From Ophelia neglecta (lineage: Eukaryota), in NCBI GenBank assembly GCA_965285935.1, contig OZ260661.1, positions 121,272,001 through 121,336,000 of the forward strand: 64,000 nt of DNA, written 5' to 3'. The notes beneath the pieces were generated by a model. It worked only from the letters and a program-made list of their open reading frames with translations. It was not told the DNA's origin and did no database searches. Positions 39,101 to 54,100 of this stretch are shown here, one piece after another. The stretch's first letter is position 1; every line of letters begins with the position of its first letter. Both the position numbers and the translations under genes were made by a program.

Positions 39101-42100
39101 GACAAAGACCGGGTCAAATGCTCAGGAAATCGTTACCTCGTAGCTACACAAAGACTTGATCAGAGCTACTCAAAGCCTTGAATGGGAGTGGCCTGCAAAT
39201 CTCTAACACTGAATAAAACTCAACTTAGACTTAATGGACTGTGCTTGGAATACAGTTGGCTAGGTATTACCTAGCCAACTTTTAAAAAGCAGGTAGAGGT
39301 AGATCGTGATACGAGAGGAGTGGTGCTGTGGCAGTAGTAGTGTCTGGAGTCTTTCCCTGCTGGCTGCCGTCGGAGACCAAGAGAAGCAGAGCCCCATTGT
39401 CTTGTACTGCTGTCTGTGCCTCACTGCTACCTGCTCACCAAGGAAGGGTCTGGCTGTTGCAGCCACAAGCCACACTCCTCTACTGCTATCATCTGCCTGT
39501 TGCAGCAATACTACACTACCGGTATGCTGCTTGCAGTGGGCCAGACACCAAGTGGAAGGCAGCCTGCTCACTCACACTTTTTACACATATCCATCTTATT
39601 TTTCAGATCCCATTTATCAATTGAGAGCATCTTTGGCAGCTGCAACCTAACACATTTTACTGCAGATCTTTGTCAGCCAGGGCAAAAAACAGAGCAAACC
39701 ATAAAAAGTGGGGAGAAGCAACCATCAGCTGTTTTTATAGCAAGTAAAGTCTGCTTTAGTTATCATTATCAAAGTGCTCGCTAATCATTTCACAAGAATT
39801 TGTAATTTGAATAGTAATCAAATTCTCATTTAACTTCTCTAAAATACATACCACACATTACAGCCTAGCGGGTGATTTAATATTATTTCCATAACTCTTG
39901 TTTCAGTGTGACCTTAATTCTGGCTGTAGAGTTTGGTTTTGACAACTTGATTGTATTTAGTGTTTTATGAGCCAGCAGTTAGGGGTTGTTTGGCAGTCTG
40001 GAGGAGACTGGCAGACTGCTGGAGGACTGTCTACATAGAAATCTCACCTCGTATTCCACATCGTACCCTCGATCAGGGTCGAAGTCTTCTTCATAATCGT
40101 AGCAGTTGGCCATCTCCAGGTCGCTGAGTCCAAGATCACCGGTTGGAGAAAACGCCACAGCATGTCGAGAAGATGGCTGACATAGGCCCCTAAAACGGAA
40201 AACACAACTTATTACATACAAGATAAACTTTTACTCTGAAGGCACGAAAGTCATGCCAAGTAAGTATTCAACATAAAGAGCAGGGGAAGGACATAGCTAT
40301 GGATGGGACAGAAAGTGATTATATATATTGCTATTTCCCCTCAAGAACTTGGAACAGGAGACACCGATGGTTAGGGCATGGTGACTTGAGTGTAAATCAG
40401 GCAGGGTAAGCCAGCCAGAACGTCTGACTATGACATCTCTGAATCAGGCTGTGGCTGTGAAGCTCAGTCCTCGCAACAAACGCAACAAGCCAACAAACCC
40501 AACACAGCCGGCTTGATTACAAAGGTTTAGCCTGGTGATCCGGTACAGAATGAAGGTGTCAGTTGTCATCAGGGTGAATAATGCTAACCAAAGGTACTGG
40601 AAATTGGTTATAAAACCTGAAAGAGCCTGATTTAGGCTTTCAGATGTTGGAAATTATTGTGCATCAATCAAACAATTAGCGCTGAATCCGTTGAGCAATA
40701 GAATTATCCCAATGAATTCCGCTTGCACTGTTTTTTCCACTCCACACAAGTTTTCCTCCACAATAGGGGAGTAGAGTAGGATATTCAAGCCATTTCAAGC
40801 TATTTGGGTGTTTTTTCGATGCCCTTTAGAGGGTATGATTCTGACATGTAGAGATGGTTGCACTCCATGGCCCTGCCACCACGGTCATGAGAGAGATTGA
40901 TGATCCCAATTAACTTGAGTAAACAAACCCCACACATCACTTTACAGGTAGCCAGCTCAATCCTGCTAGAACAGACTTCTACATGTAAGGTACCAAATTA
41001 ACATGTGTAAACAATCCCCACACATCACTTTACAGGTAGCCAGCTCAATCCTGCTAAAACAGACTTCTAAATGTAAGGTACCAAATTAACATGTGTAAAC
41101 AATCCCCACACATCACTTTACAGGTAGCCAGCTCAATCCTGCTAAAACAGACTTCTAAATGTAAGGTACCAAATTAACATGTGTAAACAATCCCCACACA
41201 TCACTTTACAGGTAGCCAGCTCAATCCTGCTACAACAGACTTCTAAATGTAAGGTACCAAATTAACATGTGTAAACAATCCCCACACATCACTTTACAGG
41301 TAGCCAGCTCAATCCTGCTACAACAGACTTCTAAATGTAAGGTACCAAATTAACATGTGTAAACAAACCACAGTCCTGCTAGAGGTAAAGTTCCAAATCA
41401 AATAGGGTTCACTGTCATGAATAATGTGTTGTACCCAAATAATTGGTAAAGTTTCACTAAGAATTGGTGATTATTCACATAATCGATACTTACTTGGCTA
41501 GAAGACAAGTCAGAATGAACAATGCCCTGCCAGTCAGGGCTTTGACCTCAAGTTTTGTAATTAGTGCAGATTAGAAAACTATATCAAATCTTTGAACTAT
41601 TACTATCAGATATGGACAACTTTGTTTACACTATTGTTAGTGAGGGATATTTTTTCACAAGGCAAAACCACACTAACAAGCGTAATAATTTATTGACATG
41701 CTAGGAAAAATAAAATATCTTTTTGAATGTGGCTATCTCTGATTTTATCTTTTGTCAGTTTATAGCTTAGCTTGCCATTGTTAACATGTTTCATTGTTGA
41801 AAATGTTTTGTTGCATGTACAGCGGAGGCAATGGAGCATCGCACCCACCACACAAAAAACATAAAAATCCTACATATTCCATGACAATGGCATTTGTTAC
41901 TGAATAAATCACCCATAATAAGATCACAGCCGCTGGAGGGAAACTACAATATCTTCTGTGGTTGTAACCATGTCCATTATCCAGCAAATAATTAACAACA
42001 AAGTTCTTTTTTTCTTGTGGGTAATATTACATGATAGACTGGTTGAATAGACCTGTCAACCCAGCTTAGGTTAATTATTATCACGTTTGATCAACCAACA

Positions 42101-45100
42101 ACTTCAAAGGCAGCCCTTTGCTTTTTTAAGGCTATTTGTTTTTACTGTTGTAGGGGAAATTTGGTTGGTGATTGAAATCTCAGTGAGAGTATTGTGGCGG
42201 CTTTGTAGTTTTTCATTTCTATGGCACTGACTACACATACAATTAGTGGTAATGTCAATCTAGGCCGTTTATCTCCCTGTCTTAGGCACTAGTCATTTAC
42301 AGTCAATCTTTCATGACCACCAGCTGCACTTTTTCCATCAGTTGATACAAAGGCTAAACTAAAGCAGTCTCAGAGAGATCCCTATGATATATATTCCTAC
42401 CAATAAGATCTAACACCAATTGTTTCTTACAATGTAAATTGGCACCAAGATAAAGGGACACACATTTTATGGAATGTTGACAGACAGACTCAACAATCAT
42501 TTTTATTTTTTATAATGTTCAGGAGGCAGATTCCCCTTCCATAAAGGCCAGAAGACAAGCCATGTAAGTCTGGAGTGTGATTTGCCCTCCAGAACATACA
42601 GTGTACAGGTAGACGATGGAGCATACAAGGCATCCTCACCAGCTTGTCCAGGACCAAAGGTCCCCCCCTCCCCTGTCACATAACATCCATATGCCCCCCT
42701 AGGCCTACTAAACTACTACCCAGCCCTATAAAGCATGCAGGTCGATGCTGCCTCAGCTGTCTGCCTGCTACCTGGACTAAATAACACATTCTAACTGATA
42801 AACCCCAGTTTACTGGCAACTCAGAGATAATATGTAGAAATATTACTACCATTTCTGAAGTTTTTCTAACAAAAAAGAAAGCAATTTCCAAAACTTCAGA
42901 GGCGAGCTCATACTTTATGTCCTCGTAATTTGACTGGTTTTATTACAATATTCACCTTCGCCTCTGGTAGTCATTTTCCTTGCATAAAAGCAATGGCATC
43001 TGTACCCAATAGAGTAAAATGACGGTGTGAGATGGCAGCCGGATACTTGTATGTTTTTCTACAAGAAGGAGCATTAAGTTTGTGACAGGTGACAGTTTCC
43101 CCGCTCCCATTGCCAGTCCCTATCTTGTCATTCTCTCCCACCCTCCCTTGGCTTCCCTTCAGATGATATCAATGCCATGAGCTCCAAGTCTTGAAGCAGA
43201 TCTGTGTAAATTTCCCCTGAGATGGTTCTTATGCAGCACAAGTTGATGCTGGGGTTTCTCTGAGGGCCCTACAGGCTGACAAACACCCCAGAGACCACTT
43301 CAAACACCCAGTATAACACCAAGGTATATGTCACAGGCTCTACACAAGGCATTTAGTAATGCAAGCCCCCCACCAATTAAAAGGGATAGCAAACACAGGA
43401 ATGAGAATGGGAAACTTTGAAAAAGACTGAAAATGAGTAAATTGAAGAAGATATGTAGCCAGGGGCGTGCTGGGGGGTTTCAAAAGGGGACAAAAAACTT
43501 GGAAATCTGCAAATCCGCAGAAAATTCTGATGCTTGCAAAAATGTCTGTTGAAATTCACACCTGGCAAAGTCAAAGCAAGAGAGGGTCCCCCTATCCCAA
43601 AGAAACCCTCAACACATTTTATTTTTTCACTGGAAATCGCATGATTTGGGGAGAAAAGCAAAATATAAATATCTTGACATTTTTTGCAACTTATTATATT
43701 AAGATTTCCGGCAAAATTTAATCACTGACAGTTCATGTTAAGCTTATAACACTTCCTCGCTGTCAATTTCAGCCCCGTAGATCAAATATTTGTGTGCTAT
43801 CTTGTTAACAAGCTTTTTCACTATATTGCTCTACAGGAAGTAGTAAAGGCACTACGGTGGCCCCCCTATATCATACTAATTGCCCAGGTGTATTCGCTAT
43901 ACCTAGGGAATATAGTTACGGTGGGCCTAATGGTTGCCGAGCTATAGCAAAACCAATGGCAGCGGTAGATATGGCTCAATACAGACCCCCCCACTTTTTT
44001 CCAGAAAAAGGGTGAGGGGCAATAACTAAGTACTGTATGGATTAATGGCTGGAGCTCTGGTTTGATCATTGATCATATTATTGAGCAGGCCTGTGGGGTT
44101 GGTCTAGCTGGCGGTGGGGGTGTTTGCTGGGGAGGCCTAGCAGGAGGGGGTCCTGAGCCAGGACCCCTACAACAGCCAGGGAGACATTCATTGGGGGTTT
44201 GAAAGAAACCAGTCCCACCAGACAAATCAGAGTATAATTGATGGGATTGAACTGCAAGCTTTGTGGAGACAGTATGTCGCCCATAGACAAGGCTGGCGGT
44301 TTGTACCGGAGATATGCTATTGATCTCATTGTAATTGTCTGATGATAAATCCTCCTTGATAGTTCAGACAGTTTTTTATATCTCATATTATCAAATGTTG
44401 AGGGTTTACAACTATGTCAGTTTTATCATGGGACTTGACAAGCAATAATTGGAAACCGGAAAAAAGTACAGCTGTTCGCAAATCATCATTTGGCTCAAGA
44501 CAATGCCACTTTCGCATGCAACATACGGCCATAAACAGCAAAACTACTGAAAAATCAATGGAGAATCAGAAAATCAAGACGTCTGCTTATTTTAGGAGGG
44601 ACATCTGTAGAATTTGGTGAGGCTTCCAAAACCATTTAGTGCCTTTTACATCAAGACGGCAGGGAGATCTTAAGAGGCACTCGGGAGCTGAGATAATTCC
44701 TCTGGCCTGTCCCAGCCTCTACGAAGGAAGCTAGCCCTGATACTTTCCGTTGATGGCTGTTCTGTACGAGGATTCCAGTGCTATTTGCAGCAGCGGGTGC
44801 TTGTGGCTGGTGTTTCCATGAGTTCTGCCTTGTATCATATCCCAGAATGCACTCAACTCAAGGTCTACCCCCTCCAAAACAAAACCAGACTGGAAAAAAT
44901 CACCAGCCACACTAACACTACACTGTATTAACAATCGCCATCAATTGTTTTATAAAACTATGCCCCCTAAAACAATCTAAATCAAATCCATGCACTTTAC
45001 ACCACCCTGATAACATTTATAAGTGTTTTCACAAGCACAGCAAATTGGATAAAACTTTTATATCCTACAAAACTTATCTTTCTAGGGAAAAAAGACTAGC

Positions 45101-48100
45101 CTTTTATCAGAAACAATTAATTTGGTTAGACATTAATTTTGACATAAAAGATTGTATTACAATTAGATGGGACTCCATTGGTAATTTCAGAATAAGAGAC
45201 AAAACAAAAATACTTGACTGTCTGTTGGCACTGCCGTATCAAATTCATGCAAAAGAATGATCACATAAATATATTCCAGTACTTAATGCCCAATATTTTT
45301 TACTTAATGAGAAATATTAATGCTTATTCGGGACTTTATATTTTTTTTATGGAAGCCAATTCATCTGTGATTATAAAGCAGACATTTCACAGGCAAAATT
45401 TTGACATTCCAATGTCCAATATGCCTTGTGATAAATACGTCAAAGAGGGGGATGAGACGGTAAACAGTCATATCATATCCGCGACAGACGGCAAACCCAG
45501 ACAGCACTTCTTTCCCCAATCTGCGAGGTGTACAGCGGCTGTCTGATTGATTGCTTGCTCCCCCCCTCCCCCACACACATCAAGCCCACTCTATGACCAC
45601 ATCTATCTCTACCTTTACAGGCAGCCACCATACAAGGCAGGCTGCCAGGAAGCCCCACTTTATTATAATAAGTGACTTATTTGTTAGCAACCCTGAGGAA
45701 TCAGAGAAAGGATGACATTTAGACTGCAAAGAAAATTATTTTGTCCAACACACAAGAAAAATGGTCTAGGATAGGATCAAATAAATATCTTAATGTGTAT
45801 AGTCATGGCTTAAAAGGTAATTGATAGATGTCACATGGCTCTGTAACCATGGAGCATTACTGTATCTTCTACAAGTGTCTACGTATTATGATTACACCAG
45901 TAAATATATCTATCTCTATTTATATACATGTATATATCTTCCTAACTTTTATGATGTCCAAAAGCCATTAAGTTTGGAGAGGTATAATGACAGTCGAGTG
46001 TTTTATCCAATTTCAATGAATGACAAATACACTGGACCTACAGCCTTGTGAGAATGTTACTAGTATTAGGATGAGATATCATATCTATTATTGGAGCAAA
46101 GGGAGTAATTGACCCAAGTTTAGGTCACACCCCTCAGGTCACAACCCTCGGTGTGCTAATTGCACCTTGAAAACTGGCATTTCACTTGATAAATATATAC
46201 AAACTCTAATAGGTTCATGAAATCTTAACAGGAGTTCAAGCATGTTTAAAGGAGATGTCTTTATTGTCAAAATATTGTCTAGGTCTTCTTTGATCTCAAA
46301 GATACTATCTCTACATATTCAAAGTTGTAGAATCTTTGACTGAATCATTTCTTCATGTTTTTGTAAACTAAAATACAATGAAGAACTACCTGGTAACTCA
46401 CTTGAAAAATAATGAAGCCAAGACATCTTCACTTACTTTGCCCTGCCATGTCGGTTCAGGATACAGCAAGTGGCATTTACCAGTATATGAGAGGTATAAT
46501 ATCATAATTAAAAGATGGCCCACTGTGACAGTGGTTCTCATGACCAGCCTCCCCTCAATGTGTCTGTGTGCAGACTGTCAGGCAACTCATCAGGTCAAAG
46601 TTGACTTGTACAAAAGAAGAATATGCATGTCACTTTTCGATTGGTTAACCACACAAGATACAGGAGATGATATCTCATAGAAAGAGATTGACAAAGTTTG
46701 GAAGAAGAGCAAGTGGAGATGATTTGGTTTATAAGAGAGCTCTCCATACTGCTGAAATACCCCACCCTTTAATATCAAGTATACTGCCTGGTGGATGAAG
46801 CCCGAGATTAAAACTCAAACCCTGAACACAGCACTAGGCAGTTTAGATGGATGTTGGCCTGATAGAGCCTCCTAGTGCCCTGGGGCCCCAGCAGGTACCG
46901 GGGTCAGGGTCCAGTGGGCCTCTCCCAGCAGTACAGGGAGGATGATAGAACCTGCAGATCTTAGGCAATGATGTGGGCCATTAGATGTGGGTCAGATATA
47001 CCTCAGAGAGGCACAAAACCCCTGGGGGAGGAAGGGGCACTGAAGGGTGGGAGGGGAGTCCTTCCTTCCTAGCAGAAGGGAGGGGAGGCTAGAAGAGTAG
47101 GGCAAGGGTGGGTCCACCATATTACATTTCTCCACTTGTTTTCAGAATGAAGTTTGTAATCACCCTGTTAGGTCAGCCCCTCCCCCCCCCCCCAAGGTAC
47201 AATCAGTTTAACCCATCTGAGTAATGGGGTCAGGGCCAGAGTAGATCTGGGGGAGCATCCAGGCTAACCTAACATGGCCTAACACCAAGATATCCTGGGA
47301 AGACTAGACTAATCATAGACCTCTGACATGCCACCCAGGCTCAACCAAACTATCTCATATAAACACATGTACATACATCCCAACTCACACCAATAGAAAC
47401 ACTGTCAAACTGGCTGAGAAACCAGACAATAATAAGCCAATGGGTATAGTAGACCGGTTTATGTGGACAAAACTGTAGTCAGTCTATGGTGGAGATTGCA
47501 CCCTAGACAGGGAGTCATGCAGTGTATTGCTATGGTGTGTCTACCAAGACAAATCAACATAGATAAACTACTGACCAGGCATGAAACACAATCTCCAGCC
47601 TGCCAGAATGTTGGAGTTCATATTACAGGTTGAAGAAGTATACTGATATCACACAGATATCAAACAGATCACTATGACAGGGATTGTCAGGGCATCCTCC
47701 CAGTAATCTGAGGCACCATCAAACATCAGCTCTGAATCTTCAACAGAATCAATTAAATTTTATTATTTCACAAATGACCCTTGTCCTGATACACCTGTTT
47801 GATATTTGGTCAACATTGCATCAGGTATGTATCTGAAGAGCCCTCTGGTGGTGCTCAAGGACATTAAATGCAATAAGGAAGTGAAGATTCAGCAGGCCCG
47901 TGTGTGTGATTCTCCTCATTCCCAGAACAGAACAGCCATTAATACACCATCTAAATAAACAACAAATAGTCTGTCGGATGGAAATAATTAGTAATGTGCA
48001 CCATATGCTGGCTATGAGGGTAATAACAGGGGAACATGGTCCTGATGGTGTCAGCATATTGCAGGTTGATTGCTAATGATTGGGGCTGATGGTTGTGTAT

Positions 48101-51100
48101 GATGTGCCAGGTGTAGCCTGCCTGAAGGCATACTGACATAACATGAACCCCCCCCCCCCCTTCTTTCTCTAATGCCCCTCAAAGAACACAGCCAGAACTC
48201 TACCACTGGCTGTACAATACTCAGGGACTGACCCAGCATCACACAGGACACACCTTAATGGAGCTAGTTAGACACAAACCCCAATCAGTCAAGGTGCTTC
48301 ACAGTCTAGCAGCTCACCTGCCAAGCCTCAGGCACCTCATCATTTTATACCTTTATAGCCATACACACACATGCTGCTCCTAAAAGACACCTCAGACTCC
48401 TTGGAGCTGAGGGTCTACCAGATACTAGATAACAATACCAGTGTAATTAAATTAGAGTAACAAATTACTGGACCAAGACACACCTGTCCAGCTGTAAGAG
48501 TGGGCCTGTCTTGTTCTGTCAAATTAATACAATTATAGCTCCTATCAAATTGACACAATTATAGTGTGTAGTAATTATGATTTACTTTCTACTTGTGATT
48601 TTATCCTGGACCTACAGTTTTGTATAATACATACTAGTTTGGCTGATCTTTATTTTATTATTGTAGCTTAGTACAGGTTCAACTGGCTATCGTATTTCTG
48701 TCTTGTGAAGGCAGCTGAAGGTGAGTTTAGAGTTGAGCAGCCTACCTACATGTTGTAGGTGGTCTAGGGGGAGGATTTGGTCACTTCCCAAGCCACTGAC
48801 CACTCACTATCCCTCCTGTTCCCCAGTCCACCAGTCTACAGGCACCTCCCTTCATGCCTGCTCTCCAGTCTCCTAGTCTCCAAGCCTGGCCAGGCACAAC
48901 ATGACTTAATCTACTTGATTTACTGCCATGGATATCCTCACACCTCCATACCAGCCCTGTTACAAGCCCTGTCGGCCAGTATACAGGTCAGCTTATTGAT
49001 CTGGACCATGCCCCCTGCCAATGATTTGCATCCACTAATGTAAAATATCTTCCAGTTACTCCAGGGAAAATTGGTCAGCCAGGAAAATTGTGAGGCATTT
49101 AAGAGTCCAAACTCCTCTGGCAGAAGATTCTTTTCCAGCTCCCTTGCCAAATAGTTTCCAAGAGAAAAATGCAACTTTACTGATCTTAGCAATGCATGTA
49201 GCTTATCATGGAGTGAAACTGCTCTGACATATGAACACAAATAAATGCCAATGGCTACAAGTCGACTGGCTACATTCTGAGAGGCTACAATGTCTGGAAG
49301 ACTGATTACCCACCTAGCCATGTACAAAACTATCCCAGAAACTTTTTAATGAGGGATGCTTGCCATAGGTCAAATGTTGTATAAAGTAAAACAATTTACA
49401 TCATAAACTGATCAAACTGTGGGTCTGTGAATGCCATAGACAAATTAATGACTAAGCATCTTCTGGAGAGGCAGGTGTAGTCATCATTAGGAGAATGTGG
49501 AAATATCATCTGAGATAAGTTCACTGCCCAGCTTGGTGGGGATGAGGCTGACAGGACCAGTTAGTTTGGCAGCAATTCTGTTATAAAACTGCCTCACATG
49601 CCACAGTGAGAGGAACCTGAGCCCAACTCAGGCCGGAGTAATTGCTGTCAATACCTCACACCACAAAAAACCCTCCCAAATTACTGCTGGTCTATTAAAA
49701 ACATTACATCCCCTCCTCATGGACCTGATGAACACAGCTCTTGCCATCCATCAAATCCATCATAGCTGTGATCTGGGGAACTGAGGGGAAAACTCAGACA
49801 ATTAGCGATAAACAACCCACTCTCAGCATCTATCACACATAAAAATTTGCCACATCTCTTGATTGCTTGGGAAACGATTGGAGCAAAAACCGTGTTAATT
49901 AAGCAGAAGCTCGTCACTGCCCTGATTAACAGTTTCCGCTTGGGAGAAATTTGCAAAGGCAAATCTGCCGACCTATGACTCCTATGGCTGATTCCACGTG
50001 AATCGTGAATCGACAAGAAATGGGAGCTCTGATAGGAGGTGAATGCCAACAATAACACAACATTCCACATATTTAACGACCGCCTATATCTGTATAATTG
50101 CAAATCCTATCTCCAAAAGCTAAACTACCCCCATAAAATTAACACGAGTCAAACACCTCTTCTCATTGGCCAGACTTTCAACATTTTTATAGGGGAAATA
50201 ACATTAAATTTTCCTGATATGCTTTTAAATGTCACCTGTTCGTGTTAAGTGATAAAGCCTGCAGGCTTTGTGACACACTGAGTGGAATGTCATAAATACT
50301 TGAACACTTCTCTTAGTAGGATTGTAAATATATGTAAAATCAGTAAAGCATAACACTAATAGTCCATTCTGATTGAGGAGTGACATACCCTTCAGCTATG
50401 AATTGTTTCCCATTCCTGCATGATTAATTCAATATACTGCGAGTTAACAATAGTCATTCCTCTTTGTTTACTTGGTATTGTTTCTGATTCTCAAACAAGC
50501 AATCAGGCAAGTGCTCTCCCCATTCACACAAAAGCTCAAATCTTCAGAGAACACCAAATGGCAGGATTTAAAGAGTTTTGGCAAACATCAGAAAATATAT
50601 TTGCCTAAGCCCAACATTTACAGAGCAATCAGAAATCGGATCAGAAACATAGGCAAATGGATGGCTCCTGTTTTGGAATTCATCCAGCACGTTTGGAGGA
50701 TTACAAGTTGGTGTGAGGTTAGAAAGTATTGATGGAGACAAAGGTGTCCAAAGGAAGACACAGCCCCCTGCCCCTTTCCCCAGGACACAGCCCTGAGCCC
50801 AGAAAGCAGCCCCCCACCCCGACCGGGGACTGGGGCCTTCCATCAAGTGGCCCAGATGGCCTCAGTCTTTGTCTCACACTGACCTTGGGCATCCTTTTAC
50901 TGTTATTCAAGGTTTTTCTGCAGGTTCTGAGTTTTTCCTGCTATATGAGAGCCCAGGTATTCACAGTGAGATTCAACCAGCTGGAATAATAGTGTGCACT
51001 TCAGCTCTGGCTCATCAATACCTCTGGCATAGTGGAGATACCAGGAATAGCAGTCAGGTCTCAGGCCAGGGACAATCTCCTAACACACTCTCACTTTCCT

Positions 51101-54100
51101 ATACTAACAGTAGAGGGCAGAGGTCAATTACCCGGGGCTCCCCTATCTATCACAGTCCCAGTGAATGGCATCTGATGTCCAGTCATTTGCAAACAAATAA
51201 AATACCAAAGTGAAATGGCCATTAGGCGAGGCTTTGGGAGAAATCAGACATATGAAATCCAGCCATCAACATGTAGCCACCAGTCCAAGACATGATATTT
51301 TTCCCTTTAATTATGTGCAAGACTGCAATGAAACACTACTCAACTAGCCAGGTGGCATCACCTGCCTCCAGTTACTCAGGTACTGTACAGTAACATGGAA
51401 ACCTAACAAGTAGGAAAGCCGGTAATGCCTGGCACAGCACACCAGTTTATAAATCACTTTATGAATCACCCACATGTCCACCACTCTTCTCAATCCATCG
51501 GGAATGGTGATTTTTAACTACTTGGCATCAACAAAGAGGGTTCACCAAGTCAAGGGGGTGCTCGACCTTGTAGACAGGGGGGACAGAAGGTTAAAGGTGA
51601 CACCCGACACAACCGACACCACAGAGTGACAGGCATGGGAACCGGAATCTCAGTATAAACTCTCATAAATTGTGGTGTGTCAACAAACTGGGTGGTATCT
51701 AAAACTTGGCCATTTGGATTTCTGATCTTTAATCCTAGAAATCTTATCTGGGTGGTGTCATTACAAGGTCAGGATGCTGCTGTGGTTGTCAGTGAATGTC
51801 AGGGCCCCAGGGAGACCGAGATTCCCATGCCCCAGTCACCATGACTCAGTCAGTTACCCCTGTAATGGACATTGAGCCTATATAATGGCAGTGTGATATG
51901 CGCCCATTACCCCAGTGGGACTGTCTAGCCACGCTAGGGCCTTTAATGGTTAGCAGGGCCTGCCACAAGCACAGATTAAGATTTCTATCACCAATTGTGC
52001 TGATTTTGTGCTCAATTAATGGCACATGGCAGAGTTTGGTAGGACACATGTTGACTGGTAAGTTATCTTGACACTGGCAGTGACACATGTCTGATAGATT
52101 AACACTGACAGGGTCTGCTGTAATCAGGCACTCCCATATTACCCCTCTACTCCTGGTAACCACTACCCCCCCCCCCCCCCCCCCCGCCGCACACACACAC
52201 ACACACACATTCCCACCCTTACCCCTGTACCCCTGATAACCACAACCCCCCCCCCACACACACACACACTCCCACCCTTACACTCTACCCTGGTAACCAC
52301 TACCCCCCCCCCCCCCCAACACACACACAGACACACTCGCTACCTTACCCCTCTACCCCTGGTAACCACTACCTCACCCCACACTCCCACCCTTACCCCT
52401 TTACCCCTGGTAACCACTACCCCCCAACCCCACCCTCCCCTGGAGACACCCTGACCACACTGTAATACATACTCCACGTTATAATACCAAGCAGGTGCTG
52501 GGAGCCAGGTCTGTTCGCCTCACATACACATATTTTAGCTCAGAGACAGCCCTGATTGCTCTATAATTATTAACAGATACTTACAAGCAGTTACAGAATG
52601 TGACACAAACCACATATTATTCCAGAATCTCCAGAGGTTGTAACTCAAAACAGATGAAAACCCAACTGATGAAGTATATGGGCCATGAAATTATCTTGAA
52701 TTGCTTTAAATGTCATAGGCATAAAGAGTTTTTTAAACAATTTAAACCTTTTATTACAGATAATAAAAGTGTGCCATGGTAGTTTTCATGTCTGAGAGTT
52801 TCACAAAATAATGTGCCAAAGTATAAAATATCTGCAAATTTTTTTTCCCAAACTGGTGTCATATTTGTGGAAGCTATTGCTTATTCAGAGAATATAAATT
52901 TAATTTTCACAGAATGACTGCTAGTTAAGCACACTGCCAGAGGGTAGGGGTAGTGACCAGGAGGAGTGTTTAAAGGTCCTCAGTTGAGAGCCTGAAGTAG
53001 CTGGTGGCTTGCCTGCCAGAGAAGTGTCATATCTCTACAAGGAGGACCACCTGGTGGTGACAAAGACATATTACTTCCCCCCCAGCAGGCTGGAAAGAAG
53101 AGGCAGGCCAGGACCCAGATGTCCCTCCACTGTCTCCAGCTAGGCCTTGCCAGTCCCCAGACTGGTGAGAAGAGGTAGGCCAGGACCCAGGTGTCACTCC
53201 AGTCAGGACTGCTCAGGCCTCAGTCGTGTCACTCAAGTTAGGCCTCACCAGGCCCCAGTCTGAGGAGGAGACCAGGCAGGACCCAGGTGTCACTCCAGCC
53301 TTGCCAGCCAGGCCTATCTAGGCCCCAGACTGGGGAGAAGAGGTAGGCCAGGACCCAGATGTCCCTCAAGTTAGGCCTGTTCAGGCCCAGGAGGGTGAAG
53401 AGCAGTGACAATGAATCTGTTGCATTCACTTCAAGGAGCAAGGCCTGAGCATGTTCCCTGCCCACAGGGGAACAATGACCTGCTAATCTTCTCTATGAAA
53501 TTTGGAGGTACATGTATTTCTGTATGTAAGCAGGGTGGCCGCCTAGCTTGTCATTTATGTATAGGTTGAAGAAAGTGATGCTTGGTTTGATGAAACAGGG
53601 CTAGGGGCAGTCACTGGGTACTGTTTATTATAATTAGGTACATGGATATTTAGGAAATATGAATCAAAATTGCAGTTCAGTAAGTGCCATTGTTTGACCT
53701 TGGTAGTTTTTCCTTTTTTTATCCTATGGCCAGAGACATGAATTTATAAGTGGGTAATTCCAGCTGTGCCAAGCCTGTTCTTCTGTCAGTAACTGACTGG
53801 TGGCTTGTCTTCTGACATACCTTCCTGGTGACAGACTATCTAGTTGTCTGTCACTAGCTCTCTCCTGGCTTGTCTTCTGACATACCTGTCCTGACAGCCT
53901 CAGCAGTGATGGCTGTAGTGATGGCTGACAGCTCTAGAAGCAAGGGGAATTTAGGACACTACACCCTGATCCATGTTATAGGGCCATACAGGGCTCAGGG
54001 AGCTGGGGGGTTGAAGTGACCAATACCCTGGTCCACTTTGTAGGGCCATACAAGGCCCAGGGAGCCATATTGACCACCACCCTGGTCCATAGGGCCATAT

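Noticed and set aside
43460-44930. Possible hAT transposase remnants (YGAEIDSEEVL; KLSELSRRIYHQTIT)
   Set aside because: Similarity too weak, and no matching TIRs or TSD found; needs a translated profile search.
45400-45545. CPIC / KEGDETVNSHII zinc-finger-like fragments
   Set aside because: Motif halves are in different frames and could fit several unrelated element types; not assignable.
50254-50269. Perfect 16-bp palindrome aaagcctgcaggcttt
   Set aside because: About one such 8-bp-arm palindrome is expected by chance in 64 kb.
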